IMG/VR virus record: IMGVR_UViG_3300015207_000030
Location: 1-23,780 of that record
Reading direction: 5' to 3' (one strand)
DNA length: 23,780 nucleotides
Source: a virus
Lineage: Duplodnaviria > Heunggongvirae > Uroviricota > Caudoviricetes
Positions 1 through 6,262 of the stretch are shown one piece after another (positions within the stretch are counted from its first letter, which is position 1; each line of letters opens with the position of its first letter). The notes beneath the pieces were generated by a model. It made no database searches and had not been told where the DNA came from. It was given only the letters and a program-made list of their open reading frames with translations. The position numbers and the translations under genes were made by a program.

Positions 1-342
1 AACGGAAGCCGCTACCATATGCTTAACCTCCACGCGACATTTACAAAGGGAACGGTCGAGTTCAGACTTTTTCAATTCGATGCGCCGAGCGACGGCAAAC
101 AAAATGGGCTACACGCGGGGCAGCTCAAGAGTTACATTCAGCTTTGTCTGGCACTGAGCGCACTTGCCAAGAACGCGAAAAGCGCCTCGCCCAAGCCCCA
201 GCAGACCGAAAACCCGAAATACGCGATGAGAACATGGCTGCTCCGCCTCGGCTTTATCGGCGACGAATTCAAGACCGCGCGTGAGACTTTCACAAAGCGG
301 CTCGACGGCAACGGTTCATTCCGAGCGCGCCGAGCGGCTTAA
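1..342 (+). CDS. Amidoligase-family protein (glutamine-synthetase-like fold), C-terminal part; gene starts upstream of the window
   Basis: Frame is open from base 1 (first listed Met at 19). The motif KGTVEFRLFQFD matches the G-T-x-E-x-R signature that lies near the C-terminal end of the catalytic domain in carboxylate-amine ligases, so the gene must start upstream. Followed by an AIG2-like gene, the neighbourhood reported for this family in Firmicutes. Motif recalled from memory. Confidence 0.5.
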   Translation, partial: NGSRYHMLNLHATFTKGTVEFRLFQFDAPSDGKQNGLHAGQLKSYIQLCLALSALAKNAKSASPKPQQTENPKYAMRTWLLRLGFIGDEFKTARETFTKRLDGNGSFRARRAA

Positions 343-419
343 CGCGGACCGCTTGCCCGCTTCGGCGGGCTTAAGGCGGTAGAGGAACGGTTGAACGTCC
401 TCGGAAAGGTGGAATTACA

Positions 420-872
420 ATGAAAAAACTGTACTTAGCTTACGGGAGCAATCTGAACACGGAGCAAATGCGCTTCCGCTGCCCGGGTGCAAAGCCCGTC
501 GGTACGGCGGTGATACGCAATTACGAGCTGCTGTTCAAGGGCTCGCGGACGGGCGCGTACCTCACGATAGAGCCGAAGCGCGGCGGCAAAGTTCCCGTTG
601 CGGTGTGGGAGGTAAGCGCCGAGAACGAACGGGCACTCGACCGTTACGAGGGCTTCCCGGCGTTCTACTACAAAAAGGATATGAACGTCAATGTCAGGCT
701 CCCTGACGGCACGGCCGAACGCCGAGCGGCTTTCGTGTACGTTATGCACGAGGAGCGTCCGCTCGGTGTGCCGACGGGAGCATACGTCGAATGCTGCCGC
801 GAGGGCTACGGGGAATTCGGCTTTGACGAACGGTTTATTGATAATGCAATCGAAAGGAGCGTGAATGTATGA
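420..872 (+). CDS. Gamma-glutamyl cyclotransferase-like protein (AIG2/GGCT family)
   Basis: 150 aa; N-terminal LYLAYGSNL motif (YGSN signature of AIG2/GGCT), later VAVWEV and LDRYEGFPAFYYKK segments typical of the fold; RBS AAAGGTGG about 7 nt upstream of ATG 420. Confidence 0.75.
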   Translation: MKKLYLAYGSNLNTEQMRFRCPGAKPVGTAVIRNYELLFKGSRTGAYLTIEPKRGGKVPVAVWEVSAENERALDRYEGFPAFYYKKDMNVNVRLPDGTAERRAAFVYVMHEERPLGVPTGAYVECCREGYGEFGFDERFIDNAIERSVNV

Positions 873-1072
873 ATAACAAGCACAGTGAGCGGCTTGGCGT
901 TGAATTCTGCCCGAAATGCGGCAAAGCGATAAGCGGCTATCCCGCAGTCTCGCGCGTCGACGGTTCGCCGATATGCTCCGACTGCGGTACCCGCGAGGCT
1001 TTGGAGAGCATTGGAGCGTGCGCCGCAGAGCAGGACAGGATCATCGAGCTGATACACAGGAATAGCCGTTGA
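869..1072 (+). CDS. Small zinc-ribbon protein (CxxC...CxxC)
   Basis: 67 aa with CPKCG and CSDCG pairs; start overlaps the stop of the GGCT-like gene (ATGA), suggesting translational coupling. Confidence 0.55.
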   Translation: MNNKHSERLGVEFCPKCGKAISGYPAVSRVDGSPICSDCGTREALESIGACAAEQDRIIELIHRNSR

Positions 1073-1080
1073 TATTCGTT

Positions 1081-1200
1081 TTGTGCAAATCCAACAATAT
1101 CACAATCCGATATTTGTGCACGTTTTTTGCGAAAAATGTAACGAATGTAACGAATGTAACGAACGAAGTGTGCTATAATTAAAATGGCAACAGAATGACC
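1081..1200. repeat. Copy A of a ~120 bp promoter-like direct repeat (copy B at 2839..2959)
   Basis: Aligns by eye with 2839..2959 at high identity. Contains TTGTGCA twice, an imperfect inverted repeat (CAACAATATC / GATATTTGTG), three perfect tandem 9-mers ATGTAACGA (1136..1162) and an extended -10 TGcTATAAT (1171..1179). Confidence 0.75.
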
Positions 1201-1224
1201 GTTCCGAACAAACGGCGGATAAAT

Positions 1225-1260
1225 AAAGCAACGGCAGCTCATTAACTGCCGTTGCTTTGT
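1225..1260 (-). terminator. Intrinsic terminator hairpin downstream of vapC; may also stop + strand transcripts from repeat A
   Basis: Perfect stem GCAACGGCAG (1228..1237) / CTGCCGTTGC (1246..1255) with 8 nt loop; A-tract on + strand upstream gives a U-tract on the minus-strand transcript; TTTGT follows on + strand. Confidence 0.6.
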
Positions 1261-1294
1261 ATATGGCACTTCCTTTTAAGAGTTCGTCGGACGT

Positions 1295-1699
1295 TCAAAG
1301 CGTTTCAAGAAAACTGCCGGGTTTGATCGCGGGGATATCGCTTTCCTCAAAATCGCGCGTGTTTTGGGTGATGATGTATTTGCACGAATTACGCTTTGCC
1401 GTGAGCATTTGAACGGAATCCTCAAAATCCCGCGCTTTAAGCCGTGCTGCTCCCAGCGTGTCTGCGGCTTTGAGATCGACAACGTCAAATATTGCCGCCA
1501 GCTTTATCACAAGATCGTCGGTTTTGTCGGGAGTAAGCTCGCGGCGGAGAATATACACGATATTCGCAATAGACAACGCGGAAACGATACCGTTTATCTG
1601 TCTTGTCTCGCACAGCTTCCATACCTCTGCGGACTGCTCAAAGCCTTGACGGCGTGAAAGCACATCTATCAGAATGTTTGTGTCAATCAAGACCTTCAT
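1295..1699 (-). CDS. vapC: PIN-domain toxin, VapC family
   Basis: 134 aa; N-terminal MKVLIDTNILID with the conserved acidic residue, plus DFEDS and IITQNTRDF segments typical of PIN nucleases; overlaps the upstream antitoxin gene by 17 nt. Confidence 0.8.
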   Translation of the reverse strand: MKVLIDTNILIDVLSRRQGFEQSAEVWKLCETRQINGIVSALSIANIVYILRRELTPDKTDDLVIKLAAIFDVVDLKAADTLGAARLKARDFEDSVQMLTAKRNSCKYIITQNTRDFEESDIPAIKPGSFLETL

Positions 1700-1916
1700 G
1701 CCGCATTACCTTCTCCTCGCGCATTTTTTTGTAATCATAATCGTTTTTTAGAACGCCCGTCAGCTCGTCGGTCAATGATGAAACGGTCTTTTCACGCGAA
1801 ATCATTCTTGCGACCTCTTCGCCGTTTTTGGTGATCCGGATTTCTTCGTTTGACTGCACCAGCTTCAGATATTTTCCGAAGTTGTTCTGCATTTCCGTTG
1901 CGGATACTGTTAACAT
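1683..1916 (-). CDS. Phd/YefM-family antitoxin
   Basis: 77 aa; N-terminal VSATEMQNNFGKYLKLV...ITKNGEEVARMIS pattern of Phd/YefM antitoxins; GGAGG RBS (complement of 1925..1930) about 8 nt upstream of the start. Confidence 0.75.
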   Translation of the reverse strand: MLTVSATEMQNNFGKYLKLVQSNEEIRITKNGEEVARMISREKTVSSLTDELTGVLKNDYDYKKMREEKVMRHEGLD

Positions 1917-1937
1917 AATAAATTCCTCCTTTGCATA

Positions 1938-1978
1938 TTAGCTAATTATATTATAGCTTATTTTAGCTAATTTGTCAA
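1938..1978 (-). promoter_or_regulatory. Consensus sigma-A-type promoter of the phd-vapC operon with two TTAGCTAA palindromic operator candidates
   Basis: On the minus strand: TTGACA (1978..1973), 17 nt spacer, TATAAT (1955..1950), both perfect consensus. The 8 bp palindrome TTAGCTAA occurs inside the spacer (1963..1970) and just downstream of the -10 (1938..1945). Confidence 0.6.
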
Positions 1979-2172
1979 GGGGAAAGTTAAGGAAAAAATA
2001 AGCTATGCCGTATAAAGCAAAGCGCACCTGCAATTTTCCGTGCTGTCCGAAAAAGGTACTGTGACGCCCCCGCGGGGGAGACTGCGGGCTCGTCGACCCC
2101 GAATTGCACGCAGTGACAGGCGAAAAAAAGGGGTCACTTTAATTGAAAAAGGTTGAAAGGAAGGTATAGGAT

Positions 2173-2823
2173 ATGCCGGGAAAAAGGAAAGCGGCGCAAA
2201 CAAATTCATTAGGTATGCAGAGCGGCAGCGGACAGGCGATTTTCTCTCTGCAAGCCGGAACGCCTATTTTTGTCAAGACTGCCGACGTGTGCTCGGCAAC
2301 GGGCAAAACCAATCAGTGGATAGGACAGCTGACTTCACAAGGGGTTATTCACAAATGCAGAACAAACCACGGTCAGCTGTACAGTCTTTTTGATATGATG
2401 CGGGCATACTGCGCATACCTTGAAGAACGCGCGAAAAAGGACGATGAGGATATCTGCCTGCTTGAGCTGCGAAAAAAACAAGCCGAAACCAAACTGAAAG
2501 AATCCAAGGCTGCTGTCGCGGAACTTGAGGCAGCCGAGTTTCAAGGAAAAATGCACCGCTCGGAGGACGTGCGCGCAATGACCGCCGATCTGTTGTATTA
2601 CGTTCGCGGTTCGCTGCTGGCGCTCGCGGGAAGATGCGCGGCAGACTGCGCCGCGTCGGCTGATCCTGCGGAGGTACAGAAGATCATAGAACGGGAGGTT
2701 TTCGCGATACTTAAAGACCTCTCCGAATACAAGTATGACAGCAAACGTTACGACGAGCTAGTCCGCGAACGCATGAAACGCAGTTCGGACACGGAGCTTT
2801 CCGATTTTGACGATGAAGATTGA
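2173..2823 (+). CDS. Terminase small subunit, lambda Nu1-like (winged HTH)
   Basis: 216 aa; N-terminal segment (VKTADVCSATGKTNQWIGQLTSQGVI...GQLYSLFDMMRAYCAYLEERAK) parallels the lambda Nu1 N-terminus as I recall it (TIQNW..QG...LYD...Y..R); coiled-coil middle, acidic C-terminus; sits upstream of the large terminase. Confidence 0.55.
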   Translation: MPGKRKAAQTNSLGMQSGSGQAIFSLQAGTPIFVKTADVCSATGKTNQWIGQLTSQGVIHKCRTNHGQLYSLFDMMRAYCAYLEERAKKDDEDICLLELRKKQAETKLKESKAAVAELEAAEFQGKMHRSEDVRAMTADLLYYVRGSLLALAGRCAADCAASADPAEVQKIIEREVFAILKDLSEYKYDSKRYDELVRERMKRSSDTELSDFDDED

Positions 2824-2838
2824 CGGATCGGTGTTGAC

Positions 2839-2959
2839 TTGTGCAAGTTGAACAATATCGCAAAACGATATTTGTGCAGCTTTTTTCAAAAAAATGTAAC
2901 GAATGTCACGAATGTAACGAATGAAGTGTGCTATAATTAAAATGGAAACAGAATGATCT
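2839..2959. repeat. Copy B of the promoter-like direct repeat
   Basis: Same architecture as copy A: TTGTGCA x2, inverted repeat, 9-mers ATGTAACGA / ATGTCACGA / ATGTAACGA (2894..2920), extended -10 TGcTATAAT (2929..2937). Confidence 0.75.
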
Positions 2960-2991
2960 TGCGGGACAGACGGTTTCTTTTAGAATATTTG

Positions 2992-3027
2992 CGGCTTGCG
3001 GTGTAATATTGCAAGCCGTTTCCTTTG
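2992..3027 (+). terminator. Hairpin plus T-tract between repeat B and the VRR-NUC gene (possible attenuator)
   Basis: Stem CGGCTTGC (2992..2999) / GCAAGCCG (3011..3018), 11 nt loop, followed by TTTCCTTTG directly before the RBS of the next gene. Confidence 0.4.
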
Positions 3028-3042
3028 TGAGGTGAAATTGAA

Positions 3043-3414
3043 GTGCAGCAAAAACAGCATATTGAAGATACCGAGCAGATACATCTTTTTGATTGGGCGG
3101 CGATGCAGTCGGGGAAATATCCCGAATTGTCGCTGCTTTTTCATATCCCGAACGGCGGCAAGCGTGACGCACGTGAGGCGGCGCGGTTCAAAAGAATGGG
3201 CGTAAAGGCGGGCGTTCCCGATCTGTTTCTGCCCGTTCCGCGCGGGAAGTTTCACGGATTGTTTGTCGAACTGAAAGCGCCGAAAGGAAAACTTTCCGAT
3301 TATCAGAAGCAGTGGCTTCAGGAGCTTGCGGCGAGCGGCTACGCGGCTTGCGTTTGTTTCGGTTTCGACGAGGCTCGGCAGGATATTATGAAGTATCTTG
3401 AGGGGAAATTCTGA
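3043..3414 (+). CDS. VRR-NUC domain nuclease (PD-(D/E)xK superfamily)
   Basis: 123 aa from a GTG start with RBS GAGGTG; motifs HIPNGG.R, GVPDL and FVELK...GKLS..Q..W match the VRR-NUC signature as I recall it. Confidence 0.75.
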   Translation: MQQKQHIEDTEQIHLFDWAAMQSGKYPELSLLFHIPNGGKRDAREAARFKRMGVKAGVPDLFLPVPRGKFHGLFVELKAPKGKLSDYQKQWLQELAASGYAACVCFGFDEARQDIMKYLEGKF

Positions 3415-3434
3415 TTTTGCAATCGATTGCAAAA
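3415..3434. promoter_or_regulatory. Perfect 20 bp palindrome TTTTGCAATCGATTGCAAAA
   Basis: Starts immediately after the VRR-NUC stop codon; perfect dyad symmetry read directly from the sequence. Confidence 0.5.
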
Positions 3435-3524
3435 ATTGCGCTGCGGAACGAACACGGAGCAGAATATGATTTTAGTTTGATAACCGCCGCGCTCTGCGGT
3501 TTTTCTTTTACGGAGGTGTAGAAC

Positions 3525-5441
3525 TTGCGAAACGAGACCAAGCGGCAGCGGGAGGCAAAGCTGAACGCGTGTATCACGAAAGTCTTGAACGCGATGAAGC
3601 CTCCCGAAATAAGAACAGTGGCGGAGTGGGCGGATAAGAACCGCCGTTTAACGTCGGAATCATCGGCGGAGGTAGGCAAATGGCGCACCTCGCGCACGCC
3701 GTATATGCTGGATATTCTGAACTCGTTCACCGACCCGAAGGTCGAGCACATTGTTGTGGTTGCCTCCTCGCAGGTCGGGAAATCCGAGGTTGAAAACAAT
3801 ATCGTCGGATACATTATAGATCAGGACCCCGGTCCGATATTATTTGTACAGCCGACGGTAGACGACGCGAAGAAATATTCCGAAATGCGTATCGCTCCGA
3901 TGATACGTGAAACAAAGTGCCTTAAGAAAAAGGTCGCGGACCCGAAAACGCGCGATGGCGCAAACACCAAGCGTCAGAAAGCGTTTCCGGGAGGAGTGCT
4001 CGTGCTAGCGGGTTCAAATGTTCCACATGATCTGTGTTCAATGCCTATTCGGTATCTGATCGGCGACGAGCGTGACCGTTGGGCAAAATCGGCGGGCTCG
4101 GAGGGCGATCCATGGGAACTGGCGGTCGCGCGTACAAGAACGTTTTACAACCGCAAGCTGATAGAGGTCTCCACGCCGACCGTTAAAGGAGCGTCCGCTA
4201 TTGCCAAGGCGTACAGTCTCGGTACTATGGAGCGTTGGAAAACACAATGTCAGCATTGCGGCGGGTATTCCGAGGTGCAGTTTGAAGATATCCGTTTTGA
4301 ATATGATTCCGTTGACAAAGATGAAGAGAAGATATTCGATATCAAGTCGATTTTCTATGTTTGTCCGATTTGCGGCGGCGTTTCTTTGGAGAACGAGGTG
4401 AAAAAACAGCCGTCGAAATGGGAGGCGGAAGTGCCCGAGGCAAAGGAACTGCATAAGACCCGTTCGTTCTGGCTGACGGCATGGGTCTCCCCGTGGGCAA
4501 CATGGGAGTCTATCATACTGCAATTCCTGCAAGCGGGTACGGATTCCGCAAAGCTGCAGGTAGTGTACAACACTCAATTCGGCAAGCTGTGGGAAAATCG
4601 CGGCGATATGGACAGCGAGGAGGATATGCTCGCGCGTCGCGAGGAATACGGTGCGGAGCTGCCGGACGGCGTTCTGGTGCTGACGTGCGGCGTTGATACA
4701 CAGGACGACCGCTTGGAATATGAGGTGGTGGGCTATGGACATTTTAAAGAAAAATGGGGCATAAAAAAGGGCGTCATTATGGGCAGACCCGATACAAACG
4801 AAGTGTGGGAGCGGCTTGATGATGTTATAGCTCACAAATACACATTTTCAAACGGGCTGTCGCTCGGCGTATCGTTGACGTTTGTCGATGAGGGCGGTCA
4901 TTTTACACAGGAGGTACGCAGGCGCTGCCGCGAGCGGCAAAGCAAAAACGTATTTGCGATCAAGGGCGCATCGGGCAGTCGGGATATTCCGTATACGTCC
5001 GTTCCGAAACGGCAGAAGATCGTAATAAACGGTCAGACCGTCGGTTCTGTATGGGTGTATGAGATCGGCGTTGACGCGGGCAAGCAAAAGATCTTTGACG
5101 ATCTGCGTGTGCAGACGCCCGGGGCGAATTACTGCCATTTCCCGCGCCGCGACGATTACGGTAAGGCGTTCTTCAAGTCGTATATGTCGGAACGCCTGAC
5201 ATATAACGAAAAACTCAAAAACCCGTGGCGTTGGGAAAAAATTCCCGGGCATGAGCGTAACGAGGCACTGGACTGCCGAAATTACGCAAACGCGGCATTT
5301 GCGGCACTCGATCCCGATCTTGACGCTGTCGAACATCGATTAAAAGCGATGTTAATCGGAACAACGGCAGGCGCGCCGAAAAAGAAATCCCCGAAAACAG
5401 CGAGAAGAAAGCCGACGGACACGGCATACAGCGATTGGTGA
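3525..5441 (+). CDS. terL: Terminase large subunit, lambda GpA family
   Basis: 638 aa; TTG start after RBS GGAGGTG; Walker A-like SSQVGKSE within a PYMLDILNS...LFVQPTVDDA...PMIRE block matching the lambda gpA N-terminal ATPase region; CQHCGG and CPICGG zinc-finger-like pairs. Confidence 0.85.
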   Translation: MRNETKRQREAKLNACITKVLNAMKPPEIRTVAEWADKNRRLTSESSAEVGKWRTSRTPYMLDILNSFTDPKVEHIVVVASSQVGKSEVENNIVGYIIDQDPGPILFVQPTVDDAKKYSEMRIAPMIRETKCLKKKVADPKTRDGANTKRQKAFPGGVLVLAGSNVPHDLCSMPIRYLIGDERDRWAKSAGSEGDPWELAVARTRTFYNRKLIEVSTPTVKGASAIAKAYSLGTMERWKTQCQHCGGYSEVQFEDIRFEYDSVDKDEEKIFDIKSIFYVCPICGGVSLENEVKKQPSKWEAEVPEAKELHKTRSFWLTAWVSPWATWESIILQFLQAGTDSAKLQVVYNTQFGKLWENRGDMDSEEDMLARREEYGAELPDGVLVLTCGVDTQDDRLEYEVVGYGHFKEKWGIKKGVIMGRPDTNEVWERLDDVIAHKYTFSNGLSLGVSLTFVDEGGHFTQEVRRRCRERQSKNVFAIKGASGSRDIPYTSVPKRQKIVINGQTVGSVWVYEIGVDAGKQKIFDDLRVQTPGANYCHFPRRDDYGKAFFKSYMSERLTYNEKLKNPWRWEKIPGHERNEALDCRNYANAAFAALDPDLDAVEHRLKAMLIGTTAGAPKKKSPKTARRKPTDTAYSDW

Positions 5442-5451
5442 GGTAACCGAA

Positions 5452-5709
5452 ATGATAAGTAAAAAAACCGCGCGGAAGATGTACAACTACTACACCGAGC
5501 GCATAGATCAGCTGATACAAGCGCAGACCGCATTGACGAGCGGCGGCGTTAAATCGTACACTATCGGCGACAGACAGGTCACGAAATTTGACTTGACGCG
5601 GCTGTCGCAGGAGCTTGATGATGCTGTGGAGAAACAGGCGTATTACGATGCGATACTTAAAGGCAAGCCTACGCGCGCGATCGTGGGGATCGTTCCGACG
5701 GATAAATAA
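5452..5709 (+). CDS. Head-tail joining / head completion protein, lambda gpW-like
   Basis: 85 aa directly after terL; LTSGG...YTIGDRQVT...L..L pattern resembles lambda W; position matches lambda gene order. Confidence 0.5.
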   Translation: MISKKTARKMYNYYTERIDQLIQAQTALTSGGVKSYTIGDRQVTKFDLTRLSQELDDAVEKQAYYDAILKGKPTRAIVGIVPTDK

Positions 5710-5740
5710 AACAGCGGCAGCTTTGAGGGCTGCCGCTGCT
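5710..5740. terminator. Bidirectional intrinsic terminator shared by the W-like gene (+) and hicB (-)
   Basis: Stem CAGCGGCAGC (5712..5721) / GCTGCCGCTG (5729..5738) with 7 nt loop; A-rich on the left (U-tract for the minus transcript) and T-containing on the right. Confidence 0.6.
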
Positions 5741-5743
5741 TGG

Positions 5744-6151
5744 TTAATCTTGAATGTGACATTGCTTTTTCAGACCGTCCAGAAGCACGGCTGAGAAATT
5801 CACGCCCTGTTCTTCGGCGATTGCGTTGACCCAACCGGGAATGGAGAGGGTTTTCTTTACGAAGTGCTTGTGCATTTTCTCGCGGAACGGTTTCATATAG
5901 ACTTCGATAAGCATTGGAAGCTCGTTTTTTTCAAGCTGAATATCCTTAAGCTCCGAGGGCTCAGGAATTTCCTCCTTGTCCTCCTCCATTCCGTAAAGGT
6001 GCAGCAGAAGAGCGTCTTTAGCGCTTTCGATTGCTTTTTCGGTGGTTTCCCCCGCGCTTACACAGCCGGGGAGGTCGGGGAAATATATGCCGATTGTTCC
6101 TTTATCGCCGTATTCCAACACGGCGATAAATCTGTATTTGTCGAGGTACAT
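5744..6151 (-). CDS. hicB: HicB-family antitoxin-like protein with C-terminal DNA-binding (RHH-like) tail; no HicA partner found
   Basis: 135 aa; N-terminal YRFIAVLEYGDKGTIGIYFPDLPGCVSAGETTEKAIESAKDALLLHL matches the HicB/UPF0150 signature (PDLPGC core); C-terminal KKTLSIPGWVNAIAEEQGVNFSAVLLDGLKK resembles an RHH/CopG-type segment; RBS AGGAG 6 nt upstream. Confidence 0.75.
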   Translation of the reverse strand: MYLDKYRFIAVLEYGDKGTIGIYFPDLPGCVSAGETTEKAIESAKDALLLHLYGMEEDKEEIPEPSELKDIQLEKNELPMLIEVYMKPFREKMHKHFVKKTLSIPGWVNAIAEEQGVNFSAVLLDGLKKQCHIQD

Positions 6152-6262
6152 AAAGTTCTCCTTTCGATAGTCGGCATTACCGAGGGTTTAACAATTATAT
6201 TGTAATACGCAATTTGTTACGTGTCAAGTGGCTTTTCAAAAATTTTTAAAGAAGGTGAAAAA

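Noticed and set aside
1136-1162. Tandem 9 bp repeats considered as a possible CRISPR array or replication iterons
   Set aside because: Only three contiguous units with no spacers, so not CRISPR; units are short and sit directly upstream of a -10 box, fitting a regulator-binding array better than an origin.
2003-2209. 68 aa minus-strand ORF across the small terminase leader
   Set aside because: Overlaps the small terminase start and its RBS region; the region reads better as a non-coding regulatory or packaging-site leader.
4038-4835. 265 aa minus-strand ORF inside the large terminase gene
   Set aside because: Fully antisense to a well-supported terminase ORF; long antisense ORFs are expected in GC-rich coding sequence; no RBS or recognisable motifs.
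5643-5834. 63 aa minus-strand ORF considered as a possible HicA partner of HicB
   Set aside because: Overlaps both the W-like gene and the hicB 3' end in a different frame; translation is Arg-rich with no resemblance to HicA.
6221-6262. GTG start at 6221 for the portal gene as given in the ORF track
   Set aside because: The in-frame ATG at 6263 has a much better RBS (GAAGGTGA) and leaves the hicB divergent leader non-coding; the longer form is not excluded.
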